A DNA stretch of 64,000 nucleotides from Myxococcota bacterium (GCA_039194325.1 JBCCWC010000002.1:160001-224000); one strand, 5' to 3'; counted from the stretch's first letter, positions 1 through 10,347 are shown. Notes: a model not told the origin generated them from the letters alone. Program-made: numbers and translations.

Positions 1-1229
1 TGCACGCCGCCGGCTCCGCCTATGCATTCGGTCACGTTTTCGCCCGTGAGCTCGAAGTGCACGCCACCCAGGTGCGAGCCCATCTTCGCATGGACCTCGA
101 AAGCCTGCTGAAGCTCGGCGAGGATCTTTTCGAATCGGCGGGTCTTGATGCCGGACGACGTGGTCTCGGTGTTGCCGTGCATGGGATCGGCACACCACAG
201 CACGGTTTGCTCCCTACGTTGGACGATCTCGATGAGCCGCGGGAGCTCGTCGTGCACCCGGCCGGCCCCCAGCCGGTGGATCAGGGTCAGACGCCCTGGT
301 TCCCGTTCGGGATCGAGCCGGTCGAGCAGTACTTCGAGCTGTTCGTTGGTCATGGCAGGTCCCACCTTGACCCCGATCGGATTACGGATCCCCCTACAGT
401 ACTCCACGTGGGCCCCATCGGGCTGGGCGGTACGCATGCCGATCCACGGCATATGGGTGCTTAGATCGTACCACCCGTCGCGGCGTGGGACCTGCCGGGT
501 CTGGGCTTGCTCGTACTCCAGGCTGAGCGCCTCGTGGCTGGTGAACAGATCGACCCGGCGCAGCATGGAGAGCTCGGAGTGGGCAACCGCCTCCATGAAC
601 GCGATCGAGTCCTTGATGGAGTCGACGATCCGTCGGTACTCGTCGTGATGCTCTGCTTGGCGGGCGAAGGAGATGTCCCAGGTCTCAGGGTGGCGTAGAT
701 CGGCGAAGCCGCCGTCGGCCAGGGCGCGCACGAAGTTGAGGGTGAGTGCGGCTCGCTCGTAGCCTCGCAGCAGCAGGGTCGGGTCGGGCGTGCGGTCCTT
801 CTTCGTGAAGGGCGAGCGGTTGATGTTGTCACCGCGGTACGAGGGCAGGATGACCCCGTCGCGCTCTTCGGTGGAGGACGAGCGGGGCTTGGCGTACTGA
901 CCGGCGATCCGCCCCACCCGCACCACCGGGGTGCGCGTGGCGTGGATCATCAGCAAGCTCATCTGAAGGAGGATCTTGACCTTGGTGGCGATCGAGTTGG
1001 ATGCACACTCGTCGAACGACTCGGCGCAGTCGCCCCCTTGCAGCAAGAAGGCCTGCCCTTGTGCCGCGAGGGCGAGCCGCTCCTTGAGCGCCTCGATCTC
1101 CCACGAGGTGACCAGGGGGGGGAGTCGAGCGATCTCGGCCTGCACCGAGGCGAGCGCCTCGGGGTCGGGGTAGTCGACCGACTGGTGGGCGTCCTTTGCC
1201 TTCCAGGAATCGGGAGTCCAGGGCTGCAT
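1..1229 (-). CDS. Class II 3-deoxy-7-phosphoheptulonate (DAHP) synthase, 3' end runs off the window
   Basis: Manual translation from ATG 1229 (absent from the ORF track because no stop lies in the window): MQPWTPDSWKAK...LLQGGDCAESF...RIAGQYAKPRS...PSYRGD...WIGMRT...NPIGVKVGP...DPMHGNT...GGVHFELTG. These are hallmark class II DAHPS motifs. Confidence 0.95.
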   Translation of the reverse strand, partial: MQPWTPDSWKAKDAHQSVDYPDPEALASVQAEIARLPPLVTSWEIEALKERLALAAQGQAFLLQGGDCAESFDECASNSIATKVKILLQMSLLMIHATRTPVVRVGRIAGQYAKPRSSSTEERDGVILPSYRGDNINRSPFTKKDRTPDPTLLLRGYERAALTLNFVRALADGGFADLRHPETWDISFARQAEHHDEYRRIVDSIKDSIAFMEAVAHSELSMLRRVDLFTSHEALSLEYEQAQTRQVPRRDGWYDLSTHMPWIGMRTAQPDGAHVEYCRGIRNPIGVKVGPAMTNEQLEVLLDRLDPEREPGRLTLIHRLGAGRVHDELPRLIEIVQRREQTVLWCADPMHGNTETTSSGIKTRRFEKILAELQQAFEVHAKMGSHLGGVHFELTGENVTECIGGAGGV

Positions 1230-1399
1230 GGTGATGGTGATCTCCGAGCCTCGGACCATAGCAAGCATGCGTCGAGCGTCGGCCGCGCTCGCCTCGGTGG
1301 CACCCGAATCGAAAACCGCGGGTTACGACCGGTGAATCGGGTACCCCGTAGTCTCGTACTAGCCCCCGACGGGCCCTCCTAGGTGCCACCTGGGCAAGA

Positions 1400-1509
1400 C
1401 CGAGGCCGGGCGCGACGCAGTCGCGCATCCCGAGCCGGCCTCGGCCTAGATAACCCGAGGCCGGGCGCGACGAAGTCGCGCATCCCGAGCCGGCCTCGGC
1501 CTAGATACC
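1400..1509. repeat. Two tandem 55-bp palindromic (REP-like) units
   Basis: Unit CCGAGGCCGG-GCGCGAC-G(C/A)A-GTCGCGC-ATCCCGAG-CCGGCCTCGG-CCTAGATA starts at 1400 and at 1455. Each has a 10-bp outer inverted repeat and an inner hairpin, and the pair abuts the GST stop codon. Confidence 0.85.
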
Positions 1510-1510
1510 C

Positions 1511-2134
1511 TCAGCCCTTGGGTGGGTAGAGCAGCGAGCCGCTCTTGCGCTGCTCGATCGCTGTCAGCCAGCGGCGCACGTTGCCCGAGCGGTCGAGGAT
1601 CTGGCCCCCCTCGGGGAACATCGACACGGTGGAGATCACCGGAGCGATCATCAGGTCGGCCAGGCTGAAGGTCCCCACCAGCCAGTCTTTGCCCTCGAGG
1701 CCCTTGTCGAGCAGACCGAGGTCGTGCTCGACCTGCGGGAGCGCTTGTTCGATCCGCGCCTTGTCCGGCTGCCCGCTGTCTCCCTTGGGGCGGATGTACT
1801 CGAAGCAGTAGTTCGTGACGATGTTGCCGTAGAGGTAACAATTGAGGACGCTGATCCACTGCTCCATCAGGGCCATGGTGGCGTTGTCGCCGGGGACGAG
1901 CGATGGGCCGTCGAATTGGGCGTCGATGTACCGGACGATCGCCTGGGTCTCGTACAGATGTACGTCGCCGTGCCGGAGGATCGGAACCTTGGAGTACGGG
2001 TGGAGGGCGCGGAGCTCGTCGGTCCCGAACTGGATGGGCTCGAGGTCGTAGTCCAGCCCCTTCTCCACGAGCGTCATGCGGGCGGTGCGGACGTAGCTGC
2101 TGGGGGCGGGACCATAGATCTTGATGTCGGCCAT
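1511..2134 (-). CDS. Glutathione S-transferase family protein
   Basis: MADIKIYGPAPSSYVRTAR...LHPYSKVPIL...LYETQAIVRYID...WLVGTFSLADL gives the GST N- and C-domain motifs. Start taken at ATG 2134. Confidence 0.93.
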   Translation of the reverse strand: MADIKIYGPAPSSYVRTARMTLVEKGLDYDLEPIQFGTDELRALHPYSKVPILRHGDVHLYETQAIVRYIDAQFDGPSLVPGDNATMALMEQWISVLNCYLYGNIVTNYCFEYIRPKGDSGQPDKARIEQALPQVEHDLGLLDKGLEGKDWLVGTFSLADLMIAPVISTVSMFPEGGQILDRSGNVRRWLTAIEQRKSGSLLYPPKG

Positions 2135-2194
2135 GGGTCGTCTCTCAAAAAACGTGGGAAGGTTGGAAGCGTGGGTTGGAAGTGTCGTCTCGAC

Positions 2195-2221
2195 GACGGA
2201 TCCCATGCCCGAAGATCGACA
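2195..2221 (-). promoter_or_regulatory. Possible ECF-sigma promoter (TGTCGA-N17-CGTC) upstream of the GST
   Basis: Minus strand reads TGTCGA TCTTCGGGCATGGGATC CGTC about 60 nt before the GST start. It resembles ECF41/ECF42-type promoter consensus. Confidence 0.3.
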
Positions 2222-2347
2222 TCGCGATCGAAAAAAAATCGCGAGCATCCCGAACTCCGTTTGCGAGCGGGTGAACGTGGGTCGGTCGGGCCGAGCCCCC
2301 ATGGGATCCGGCGTTGGCCGACACCGCTCGGGGAAAGAGCGAGCGGA

Positions 2348-3253
2348 TCATCCGAGCCGGAGGCCAGCGGTGGCCACCGCCCGCGCGAAGCGGGCCGACC
2401 GAGCCTTGCTCGCCACGCCCAGCAGCGGTTGGTCTCGGATCCAGCGCGCACGGACCTCAGGGGTGGTGCCCGACCAGCCGTGGTCCACGCGTCGGACCCA
2501 GGCCTCGAAGCTAGTGAGCACGCCTCCGAGCGCGAGGTGGACCGCGGGATCGAGGGGCGGGCGTCTCGCGAGGTCGGCCAGCGCGGCCACAAGCGCCACG
2601 CCCTCGGCGAGCACTTTGGCCGACCACCCCGCGCGTCGCCCCGTGGTCACCAGATGGGCGAGGGCCGCGGCGGTCACGTGGATGTCTTCTACGGTACGAA
2701 ACGGCTTGATCCAGCGGTCGTAGCCGTCGCCCTCGAGGAGCGCCTCGGCGTCGACCCGAACGCGAGACAGCTCGACCCGGAAGTGAGGGATCTCGGGGGT
2801 GAAGGCGGTGGGGGGCATTGCGCGCAGCTGGAGGCCTTCGGCGTCGACGGGCACCCGGACCATGCGTAGCTGGTTGCGGCCGTTCTTGGTGCCGGTGGAT
2901 GCGGCGACCAACAGGGTGCGGGCATGGTCGGCCAGGGTCGACCACGCCTTGGTTCCGGTGAGGACCGCGGTGTCACCCTGCCACTCCAGGCGGGTCTCGA
3001 TGGCGCGGGGGTGGGCGCCTCCCTTCTCGGTGATGCAGAGCGCCGCGTGTCCCGTCTCGCCGGTCAGCGCGAGCAAGGCCGAGCGATAGCCCGCCGCGAA
3101 GGCCAGGCCCACGCGGTCGGCGAGCATGCCGGCGGCGACGGCTCGCTCGAAGGCGGATCCCGGCATGCTCTGCCAGCGCGCCAGCATCGGCTCGAGCTCG
3201 GCGACGACCGCGGTCGGGGGAGGAGTGCACAGCGCGAGGAGCCAGTCCGCCAT
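2348..3253 (-). CDS. Acyl-CoA dehydrogenase-fold protein
   Basis: ALCITEKGGAHPRAIETRL, LTGTKAWSTLA and GDGYDRWIKPFRTVEDIHV match the ACAD middle-domain pattern. Confidence 0.8.
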   Translation of the reverse strand: MADWLLALCTPPPTAVVAELEPMLARWQSMPGSAFERAVAAGMLADRVGLAFAAGYRSALLALTGETGHAALCITEKGGAHPRAIETRLEWQGDTAVLTGTKAWSTLADHARTLLVAASTGTKNGRNQLRMVRVPVDAEGLQLRAMPPTAFTPEIPHFRVELSRVRVDAEALLEGDGYDRWIKPFRTVEDIHVTAAALAHLVTTGRRAGWSAKVLAEGVALVAALADLARRPPLDPAVHLALGGVLTSFEAWVRRVDHGWSGTTPEVRARWIRDQPLLGVASKARSARFARAVATAGLRLG

Positions 3254-3406
3254 GAGCTCCTTGGTACAGCGCGGTGGGGTCTCGGCACAACGAGATCGGA
3301 GGGCCAGGGACGGCGGGATCGGGTCGATCGTCGCGTGATCCTCGAGCGTCGGCAGCGGTTCATCGCGCTCGCGCTGGTTGGGCTCGCCTCGTCGTGTGGG
3401 CGCCAG

Positions 3407-4540
3407 TCAACCCTGGCAAGCGTTCTGGATCGCGAGCAGGGTGTCGTCGAAGAAGGGACTCCAGTCGGGGGCACAGATCCCGCCCAGGATCCCCTGGGGA
3501 CCGAACATTTGGGTGAAGTCGGCGATGTGGACCCCATCGAAGGGAGCAGCGTCGGGGGGACATGGCCCGCCGGCGTAGTTGATGAGGGAGAGCACCACGA
3601 TCTGATCGGCGGCGCCTCCCTTGGCGGCCACCACGTCGGTGTACCAGCTCGCGGGTTCTCCGCTGGATCCTGGAATCTCGGGGTCGTTGGGCCCGTCCCA
3701 CTCATCGGTGATGATCACGAGGACCAGTAGAGCATCGCTGCGCAAGAAGTCTTCGTTGCACATCCCGGGCATGGCCAGGTCGGGGCCGATCGCGGCGAGC
3801 ATCGCGTCGATCGGTCGCTCGATGCCGCTGCCGCTGGTCCCCACCTGGGCCGCGCAGGAGAACGCGGTCGAGAGGTCGTCGGCCTCGGTCATGAAGTTGG
3901 TACCCGCGGCATAAGGGCCACACACCGCATTGCTCGAGTTGGTGCCCCCGGTCTGGGTTACCAGTCCGCCGATCACGTCGCAGCCCGGGCTGTTGGAGCC
4001 ATAGACGTCGGTCGTGACCACCCCTACGTGGAGCGAGTTGGCCTGCATCAGGCTCGCTTCGAGCCCGGCGATGAAGGCGGGGAAGCTCGCGATCAGGTTG
4101 GCCTGCTCGTCCGCGCGGCTGCCGGAGTTATCGACCACGAACAAGAAGTCGATGGCGGTGCAGCCCATTGGCCCCGTCGAAGAGGATGAAGAGTCGCTGC
4201 TGGTGGTCGAGGCGCTGCTGCCCGCAGAGCTCGTGCTGTCGGCCGAGGTCGGCTCCGTGATGCCGGTGGAACTGCCGGTGGCCTCGTTGCCTTCGCACAG
4301 GCAGGCCTCGAACCCGGAGCCGTCCGCGTTGCATAGCTGGGCGCCCGTGCTGCCGTTGGTGCAGGCACACGCCCGGCTCTCGCCCGGTATGCAGACCATC
4401 GCGGTGTCTGGCGCGGGGCCGGTCGTGCCCGAGGAACTGTCGGTATCGAGCGGCTCTCCGCTCTGGTTGAAGCAGCCCCCGAGCACCATGCACAGGCCGA
4501 CGAAGGATCCCCACCGTTCGTTCGCAGGACGAGCCGTCAC
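3407..4540 (-). CDS. Lipoprotein with vWA-like domain (myxobacterial DFLFVVDNSGS family)
   Basis: Lipobox-like VLGGC, a Cys-rich segment, a Ser/Thr linker, then DFLFVVDNSGS (MIDAS DxSxS) and LVLVIITDE. Confidence 0.8.
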   Translation of the reverse strand: MTARPANERWGSFVGLCMVLGGCFNQSGEPLDTDSSSGTTGPAPDTAMVCIPGESRACACTNGSTGAQLCNADGSGFEACLCEGNEATGSSTGITEPTSADSTSSAGSSASTTSSDSSSSSTGPMGCTAIDFLFVVDNSGSRADEQANLIASFPAFIAGLEASLMQANSLHVGVVTTDVYGSNSPGCDVIGGLVTQTGGTNSSNAVCGPYAAGTNFMTEADDLSTAFSCAAQVGTSGSGIERPIDAMLAAIGPDLAMPGMCNEDFLRSDALLVLVIITDEWDGPNDPEIPGSSGEPASWYTDVVAAKGGAADQIVVLSLINYAGGPCPPDAAPFDGVHIADFTQMFGPQGILGGICAPDWSPFFDDTLLAIQNACQG

Positions 4541-4792
4541 GGCGCCGAGCGTAGCGGGATTTTGTGTCAGTGAGGTGCCCCGCCGGCGATGCGCCGTTTC
4601 GCCCGCTGTCTCGTCTGTGCGTGGTACCGAGCACGCGTTGTCGTGCGACGGCCCGCTCTTGGGGGCTGGAACCTCGCCATGGGGGCCGATGGACCCTTGG
4701 CGGCCAGGCCCTTCGTGTCACGTGGAGTACGTACATAGCACTTGCCCGGGTCACCCGATCGCTCGACGATCGGATCGAGGTTGGAGTCCGTG

Positions 4793-6202
4793 ATGTCGAA
4801 CGCCAGAAGGTGGCTTGGGGTCGTCGTGTTGGGTCTGCTGCCGGGTTGCTACTCGGGGTTGCCGTCGTCGCCCGAGACCAACGGTGATCCCAGCATGGGC
4901 GCCTCGGGGGGGCCGGCGGGTAACGAGGGATCGGGTGGCTTGGGCGATGGCTTGGGCGATGGTTCGGCTGATGGTTCGGCTGATGGTTCGGGCGAGGGGT
5001 CGGTCGATGGCGGTAGCGGTGACACCGGGGTCCCGGGCGAGGACGGGATCTGCGGCGACGGGGTCGTCCAGGACGACGAGCAGTGCGACCAGGGCCCGGC
5101 CAACGCCGACGAGGCCGCGTGCAAGACCGATTGCACCGACAACGTGTGCGGCGATGGTTTCGTAGGCCCGGGCGAGGGCTGTGATGACGGCAACCTCGAC
5201 GACGGTGATGCATGTACCTCCGAGTGTGCGCTGCCATCGTGCGGCGACGGGGTCGTCGATCCCGGCGAGGAGTGCGACGACGGCCAAAACGGCGATGACG
5301 ACGACGGCTGCACCGATCTGTGCCTATTGCCCGCATGTGGCGATGGGATCGAGCAGCCCGGAGCGGGCGAGGAGTGTGACCTGGGGCCGGCCAACGCCGA
5401 CACCGCCGCGTGCACCTCGACCTGCGAGGACGCCGCCTGCGGGGATGGCCTGGTCTGGGCGGGCAACGAGGAGTGTGACGACGGCGCGGGGAACGGGCCG
5501 AACGACGCGTGCACGCCCGAGTGCACCAACAACGTGTGCGGCGACGGCTATCCCGGCCCCGGCGAGGCTTGCGACGACGGCAACGGATCCAACATGGATG
5601 CGTGCACCAACGCCTGCCAGGACGCGGCCTGCGGCGACGGGTACACCCAGCCGGGCGAGCAGTGCGACGACGGCAACGGCAACGACAACGACACCTGCTC
5701 GAACACGTGCCAGATGCAGGCCGGCAACGGCTTTCCCAACAACGCCTACTGCAACCAGGTGGCCGGGTGGGATCCGTCCTGGACCGCCTGGGAGCTCGAG
5801 GTGCTCTCGCTGGTCAACGATGCTCGCTCGACCCCGACCAACTGCGGCAGCGAGGGCAACTTTGGCGCCACCGGGCCGCTGGCGTACGAAGGCTCGCTGA
5901 CCTGCGCCGCCCGCAATCACTCCCAGGACATGGGCGACAACGGCTTCTTCTCGCATACCAACCCGATGGGCGAGGGGCCCGGCGCGCGCCTGGGTCACGC
6001 CCAGTACAGCTGGTCGACCTGGGGCGAGAACATCGCGGCGGGGCAAGGATCGCCGGCGTCGGTGGTCAACGGCTGGCTGGCCAGCGACGGTCACTGCGCC
6101 AACATCATGAACCCCGCGTTCACCGAGCTGGGGGTCGGCTACTACAACGCGCCGGGGAGCATGTACACGCACTACTGGACGCAGAACTTCGGCAGCCCTT
6201 GA
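4793..6202 (+). CDS. Lipoprotein with myxobacterial disulfide repeats (DUF4215-like) and a C-terminal CAP/SCP domain
   Basis: LLPGC lipobox and about seven CGDG...EECDDGN...CT..C repeats. The C-terminus has LVNDAR...AARNHSQDM...FFSH...GENIAAG...WLASDGHCANIMNP...GVGY...YWTQNFG. Confidence 0.92.
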   Translation: MSNARRWLGVVVLGLLPGCYSGLPSSPETNGDPSMGASGGPAGNEGSGGLGDGLGDGSADGSADGSGEGSVDGGSGDTGVPGEDGICGDGVVQDDEQCDQGPANADEAACKTDCTDNVCGDGFVGPGEGCDDGNLDDGDACTSECALPSCGDGVVDPGEECDDGQNGDDDDGCTDLCLLPACGDGIEQPGAGEECDLGPANADTAACTSTCEDAACGDGLVWAGNEECDDGAGNGPNDACTPECTNNVCGDGYPGPGEACDDGNGSNMDACTNACQDAACGDGYTQPGEQCDDGNGNDNDTCSNTCQMQAGNGFPNNAYCNQVAGWDPSWTAWELEVLSLVNDARSTPTNCGSEGNFGATGPLAYEGSLTCAARNHSQDMGDNGFFSHTNPMGEGPGARLGHAQYSWSTWGENIAAGQGSPASVVNGWLASDGHCANIMNPAFTELGVGYYNAPGSMYTHYWTQNFGSP

Positions 6203-6208
6203 TCGCCC

Positions 6209-6835
6209 TCAGGCCGGCGCGGGCGACCGAGTGCCCCGCGCCCGCCAGTTGCTCTCGAGCTGGCGCATCATCGCCGGGTACACGATGTAGTGCCGGAACG
6301 GGGCGATGATCCACATGTAGAGCTGGCCGAAGCGGCCGCGGTGCTTGACGTACACGGCCATGTTGGCGCGGTAGTGATCGCCCTCGGGGACCCACGACAG
6401 GTGCATCAAGGCGTGTACGGTGTCGTTGGAGATCTCGCTGAACGCCTCGCGCTCATCGCGGTAGACGGGGCGGAAGGGAAAGGGCGAGTTGCTCGGCGGG
6501 GGCAGGGGCGCACGCTCGTGCTCGGGGAGCCGGTCGCGGAGCGAGGTCTCCTCGCAGCCGGGGATCGGTAGCCGATTGGCCTCGCGATCCCAGCCAAACA
6601 CCTCGCCGAGCCACTCGCGCAGGCGAAACAGGGCCCGGGCGGCTCCCGAGCCGGCGCTCTGGGTCGGCCGGATCGCCTCGAAGGTGGCCAGGGCGTCGGA
6701 CAGCTGGTCGGGCCCGCCGACCATCGGGGTGCGCCAGACGTCGAGGAGCTCGAAATCGGGGGCGATCGCGTCGATACGCCACGTTTGGGTGCGGTGGGCT
6801 TGGGGGGAGAGCCGCAGAGGTGGTTCCATTTCCAT
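6209..6835 (-). CDS. DUF2867-like protein
   Basis: WRIDAIAPDFELLDVW...ALFRLREWLG...EISNDTVHALMHLSW...MAVYVKHRGRFGQLYMWIIAPFRHYIVYP. The real start is ATG 6835 or 6829, not the long track ORF. Confidence 0.8.
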   Translation of the reverse strand: MEMEPPLRLSPQAHRTQTWRIDAIAPDFELLDVWRTPMVGGPDQLSDALATFEAIRPTQSAGSGAARALFRLREWLGEVFGWDREANRLPIPGCEETSLRDRLPEHERAPLPPPSNSPFPFRPVYRDEREAFSEISNDTVHALMHLSWVPEGDHYRANMAVYVKHRGRFGQLYMWIIAPFRHYIVYPAMMRQLESNWRARGTRSPAPA

Positions 6836-6851
6836 ACGGTTGCGTATGGAA
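6830..6851. promoter_or_regulatory. Perfect palindrome, likely repressor operator
   Basis: TTCCATACG-GTTG-CGTATGGAA (9-4-9) overlaps the DUF2867 start codon. Confidence 0.6.
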
Positions 6852-6927
6852 CGTAGCGCTGGGCTCGCCGCTGTCAACCTCAGTTCGACAGGCCCTTGGG
6901 GCGGTCCCGCACGGGTGGGCCGTGCGC

Positions 6928-7437
6928 TCAGCGGGTCTGGGCGTGGTCGATCAGTCGATCCAGCAGCGCATCGCACGAGCGAGCGTCCTGGCGGCAGGCG
7001 TACCGGCGCAGGCCCTCCCGTGCCAGCGCGATGGGCTCGCCCTCGCTGGCTACCAGCCAGGGGGTCACCGTCGCCTCGATCCGTTCCAGCTCCACGCGCT
7101 CCGCGGCCAGCTCGGCCGCCTTGAGGTGCTCGTAGGTGGCCTTCCAAGCCGGCTCGCCCTCGCGCTCCGCTCCGAGCGCGCGCCGCAGGGCTCGGATCTG
7201 CGTGACCCGGGCCTGGGCCGGCGCGGCGGCGTCGAGGATCGCGCTCAGGCGATCCTCGTCCACCGGCTGCCCGTACGACGCGATCCAAAGGCCCGCCAGC
7301 AGCACGTCCACATCGAGGTCGTGCTCGTCTTGCAGTCGCAGGCACACCGGCGCCACGCCCTCGCGGCCGTAGGTGCGCCCGGCAAACGCCCACAGCGTCG
7401 GGGCCGAGACGAACGCACCGGGTGCAGGCTCGGTCAC
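6928..7437 (-). CDS. TIGR02444 / DUF2390 family protein
   Basis: LWAFAGRTYGREGVAPVCLRLQDEHDLDVDVLL...IRALRRAL...LKAAELAAERVE. Confidence 0.85.
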   Translation of the reverse strand: MTEPAPGAFVSAPTLWAFAGRTYGREGVAPVCLRLQDEHDLDVDVLLAGLWIASYGQPVDEDRLSAILDAAAPAQARVTQIRALRRALGAEREGEPAWKATYEHLKAAELAAERVELERIEATVTPWLVASEGEPIALAREGLRRYACRQDARSCDALLDRLIDHAQTR

Positions 7438-7535
7438 CGCACCACTATAGCTTCCTTCGAAACACGAAGACCTCGCTCACGCGCGAGGTCCTCATTTGCT
7501 GTGGGGTCGACCGTCCGCCGGACGGTGCCGCCGCT

Positions 7536-10013
7536 CTAGGCCGCGTCGTCGCTCTTTTCGCGGGCTTCGAACTCGAAGGTCAGCGAGTCTTCTTTATCGT
7601 CGAGCCCGACCTTGACCGTGCCGCCGCTCTCGAGCTTGCCAAACAGCAGCTCGTCGACCAGCTGCTCCTTGATCTTCTCGTCGATGAGCCGCGCCATGGG
7701 CCGGGCCCCGAAGAGCTTGTCGTAGCCGTGCTTGGCCACCCAGTCGCGTGCGCCGTCGGTGTAGGTGATGTGGACCTCGCGATCGACCAGCTGGAGCTCG
7801 AGCTCGCCGAGCATCTTGTCGGCCACCTTGCGGATCACTTCGGTGCCCAGCGGAGCGAACATCACCGTCTTGTCCAGGCGGTTGCGGAACTCCGGGGAGA
7901 ACGCCCGCTCGAGCGCCTTGTTGGCGTCGGTGGGCTGGACCCCGTCGTCGCCAAAGCCCACCTTGCGGGCGGTGATCTCGTGGGCCCCCGCGTTGGTCGT
8001 CATGATGATGATGACGTTGCGGAAGTCGGTCTTGCGCCCGGTGGTGTCGGTGAGCGTGGCTGCGTCCATCACCTGGAGCAGCACGGAGAAGATGTCGGGG
8101 TGGGCTTTTTCGATCTCGTCGAGCACCACCACCGAGTGGGGCTGCTTGGACACCGCGTCGGTGAGCAAGCCGCCCTGGTCGAAGCCCACATAGCCCGGAG
8201 GGGCGCCGATCAGCCGGCTGACGCTGTGCTTTTCCATGTACTCGGACATGTCGAAGCGCAAGAAGGGCACCCCGAGCAGGCGGGCGAGCTGCTTGGCCAG
8301 CTCGGTCTTGCCCACCCCGGTGGGACCGGCGAACAGGAACGAGCCGATCGGCTTGTCTTCGCGGCCCAGGCCCGCGCGGGCGCGCTTGATGGCGTGGGTG
8401 ACCGTCTTGATCGCTTCGTCTTGGCCGTAGAGCACCTCTTGGAGGCCCTCGTCGAGGCGCCCGAGCACCTTCTTGTCGTCGTGGCTGACCGACTTGGGCG
8501 GGATCCGGGCCATGCGAGCGATGACCGCCTCGACCTCGGGCACGTCGATGATGATGGGCTCGGGCGCGGGCTCGATCCCCTCGGCGTCGGCCGGGGAACC
8601 CTCTCCTGTTTTGGCGCCCGTTTTGGCGCCCGCCTCGGCGTTGGCATCGGCCTTGGCGGGTGGCCCGTCGTCGTCGACGGTGTCGTCGTCGTTGGGCTGA
8701 GCGTCGGCCACCGAGGGAGTGGGCAGGGGCAGCGGCATGTCGATCCGTGCGGCCGCCCCGACCTCGTCCATCACGTCGATCGCGCTATCGGGCAGGTGGC
8801 GGTCGCGCAGGAACTTGTGCGCCAGCTCGACCGCCGCTTGCAGGGCCTCGGGGGTGTACTTGACCAGGTGGTGCTCCTGGTAGACCTCGGCCAGGCCCTG
8901 GAGGATCAGCACCGTCTCCTCCTTGCTGGGCTCGATAATCTCGATCTTCTGGAAGCGCCGGGCCAGGGCCGCGTCGCGTTCGAAGGACGACTTGAATTCC
9001 TTATAAGTGGTGGAGCCGATGCAGCGCAGGGCGCCGGTGGACAGCGAGGGCTTGAGCATGTTGCTCGCGTCCATCGAGCCGCCCGAGGTCGCGCCCGCGC
9101 CCACCACCGTGTGGATCTCGTCGATAAAGAGGACCGCGTCGGGATCGGCCTCGATGGCGGCGATCACCGCCTTGAGCCGCTCCTCGAATTGGCCGCGGAA
9201 CTTGGTGCCGGCCAGCAGCGAGCCCATGTCGAGCGCGTAGATGTGTGCGTCCTTGATGACCGCCGGCACCTTGCTCTCGAAGATCCGCAGGGCCAGGCCC
9301 TCGACCACCGCGGTCTTGCCCACCCCCGGCTCGCCCACGAGCACGGGGTTGTTCTTGCGGCGCCGGCACAGCACCTGGATCACCCGGCGGACCTCGTTGT
9401 CGCGACCGATCAGGGGCTCGATGCGCCCCGCCTCGGCCTTGGCCGCCAGGTCGACCGCGTAGGCGGCCAGCGGATCCTCGGCCACGTCGCCGCCGTCGGC
9501 GTCCGGGTCGCGGCCCGGACCGGGGGCGCTGGCGCCACCGCCGCCGCCGCCACCGAAGGCGCGGCGGGCTCGGCCCGGTGTGCCCTTGCCGATCCCGTGG
9601 GAGATGAACAGCGTGACGTCGCGACGGGTGATCCCGTGGCTTTGCAGGATGTAGGCCGCGTTGGACTCGGGCTCGGCGAAGATCGCGACCAGCAGGTTGG
9701 CCCCGGTCACCTCGCGCTTGCCCGCGCCTTGCACGTGGAGCACCGCCCGCTGGAGCACGCGCCCCACGCCGATCGTCTGGTGGGTGGTGAGCTCCTCGTC
9801 CTCGGGGACCTCGCTCATGTTCTCCTCGAGGAACTCCTCCAGATCGGTGCGCACCGCGTCGATGTCGGCGCCGCAGCCCGAGAGCACCTTGCCCGCGCTG
9901 TCGTCGTCGAGCAGCGCTAGCAGCAGGTGCTCGAGGGTGAGGTACTCGTGGCGCCGCCGCTGAGTGTCCTCGATCGCGTTGTTGATCGTCGCCTTGAGCT
10001 CTTCACTCAGCAT
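7536..10013 (-). CDS. clpA: ATP-dependent Clp protease ATP-binding subunit ClpA
   Basis: Clp-N domain ([16 protein letters not shown]), two Walker A motifs ([16 protein letters not shown]), [11 protein letters not shown] and a ClpP-docking VGF loop. It overlaps the clpS stop codon. Confidence 0.97.
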   Translation of the reverse strand: MLSEELKATINNAIEDTQRRRHEYLTLEHLLLALLDDDSAGKVLSGCGADIDAVRTDLEEFLEENMSEVPEDEELTTHQTIGVGRVLQRAVLHVQGAGKREVTGANLLVAIFAEPESNAAYILQSHGITRRDVTLFISHGIGKGTPGRARRAFGGGGGGGASAPGPGRDPDADGGDVAEDPLAAYAVDLAAKAEAGRIEPLIGRDNEVRRVIQVLCRRRKNNPVLVGEPGVGKTAVVEGLALRIFESKVPAVIKDAHIYALDMGSLLAGTKFRGQFEERLKAVIAAIEADPDAVLFIDEIHTVVGAGATSGGSMDASNMLKPSLSTGALRCIGSTTYKEFKSSFERDAALARRFQKIEIIEPSKEETVLILQGLAEVYQEHHLVKYTPEALQAAVELAHKFLRDRHLPDSAIDVMDEVGAAARIDMPLPLPTPSVADAQPNDDDTVDDDGPPAKADANAEAGAKTGAKTGEGSPADAEGIEPAPEPIIIDVPEVEAVIARMARIPPKSVSHDDKKVLGRLDEGLQEVLYGQDEAIKTVTHAIKRARAGLGREDKPIGSFLFAGPTGVGKTELAKQLARLLGVPFLRFDMSEYMEKHSVSRLIGAPPGYVGFDQGGLLTDAVSKQPHSVVVLDEIEKAHPDIFSVLLQVMDAATLTDTTGRKTDFRNVIIIMTTNAGAHEITARKVGFGDDGVQPTDANKALERAFSPEFRNRLDKTVMFAPLGTEVIRKVADKMLGELELQLVDREVHITYTDGARDWVAKHGYDKLFGARPMARLIDEKIKEQLVDELLFGKLESGGTVKVGLDDKEDSLTFEFEAREKSDDAA

Positions 10014-10347
10014 CTTCACCGTCGTCTTCCGGCTCCATCGAGGCCATCAGGGGGTGATCGTTCTTGCGCGCGAGCAGGTGAACCTGCGCAACCTTGGTCT
10101 CGGCGATCTCGTGGGTGTAGATGCCGGCCACGCCCGAGCCATGGTTGTGGACATGCAGCATGATGCGGGTAGCCTCCGACTCGCTACGATGGAAGACCGT
10201 CTCCAGCAGCCGCACGACGAAATCCATTGGGGTGTAGTCGTCGTTGTGGAGCACCACGCGGAACATGCGCGGCCGCTTGAGCTTCTTCTCCTGGCGCTCC
10301 CTGAGCGCCACCCCGCCTTGTGGATCTTCCTTGTTTCGCTCGCTCAC
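10003..10347 (-). CDS. clpS: ClpS adaptor
   Basis: RVVLHNDDYTPMDFVV...IMLHVHNHG...YTHEIAETK...HPL, immediately upstream of clpA. Confidence 0.97.
   Translation of the reverse strand: MSERNKEDPQGGVALRERQEKKLKRPRMFRVVLHNDDYTPMDFVVRLLETVFHRSESEATRIMLHVHNHGSGVAGIYTHEIAETKVAQVHLLARKNDHPLMASMEPEDDGEDAE

Noticed and set aside
1400..1509. Possible mini-CRISPR
   Set aside because: Only two units, directly adjacent, with no spacer.
3310..3406. + strand peptide ILERRQRFIALALVGLASSCG resembling a lipoprotein signal
   Set aside because: It runs straight into the antisense of the 3407-4540 gene with no credible mature domain. At most a gene scar.
7422..9920. 832-aa + strand ORF (and similar long antisense ORFs such as 44940-46763, 57738-59216 and 60701-62179)
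   Set aside because: These are shadow frames of well-supported genes on the opposite strand, expected in high-GC DNA.
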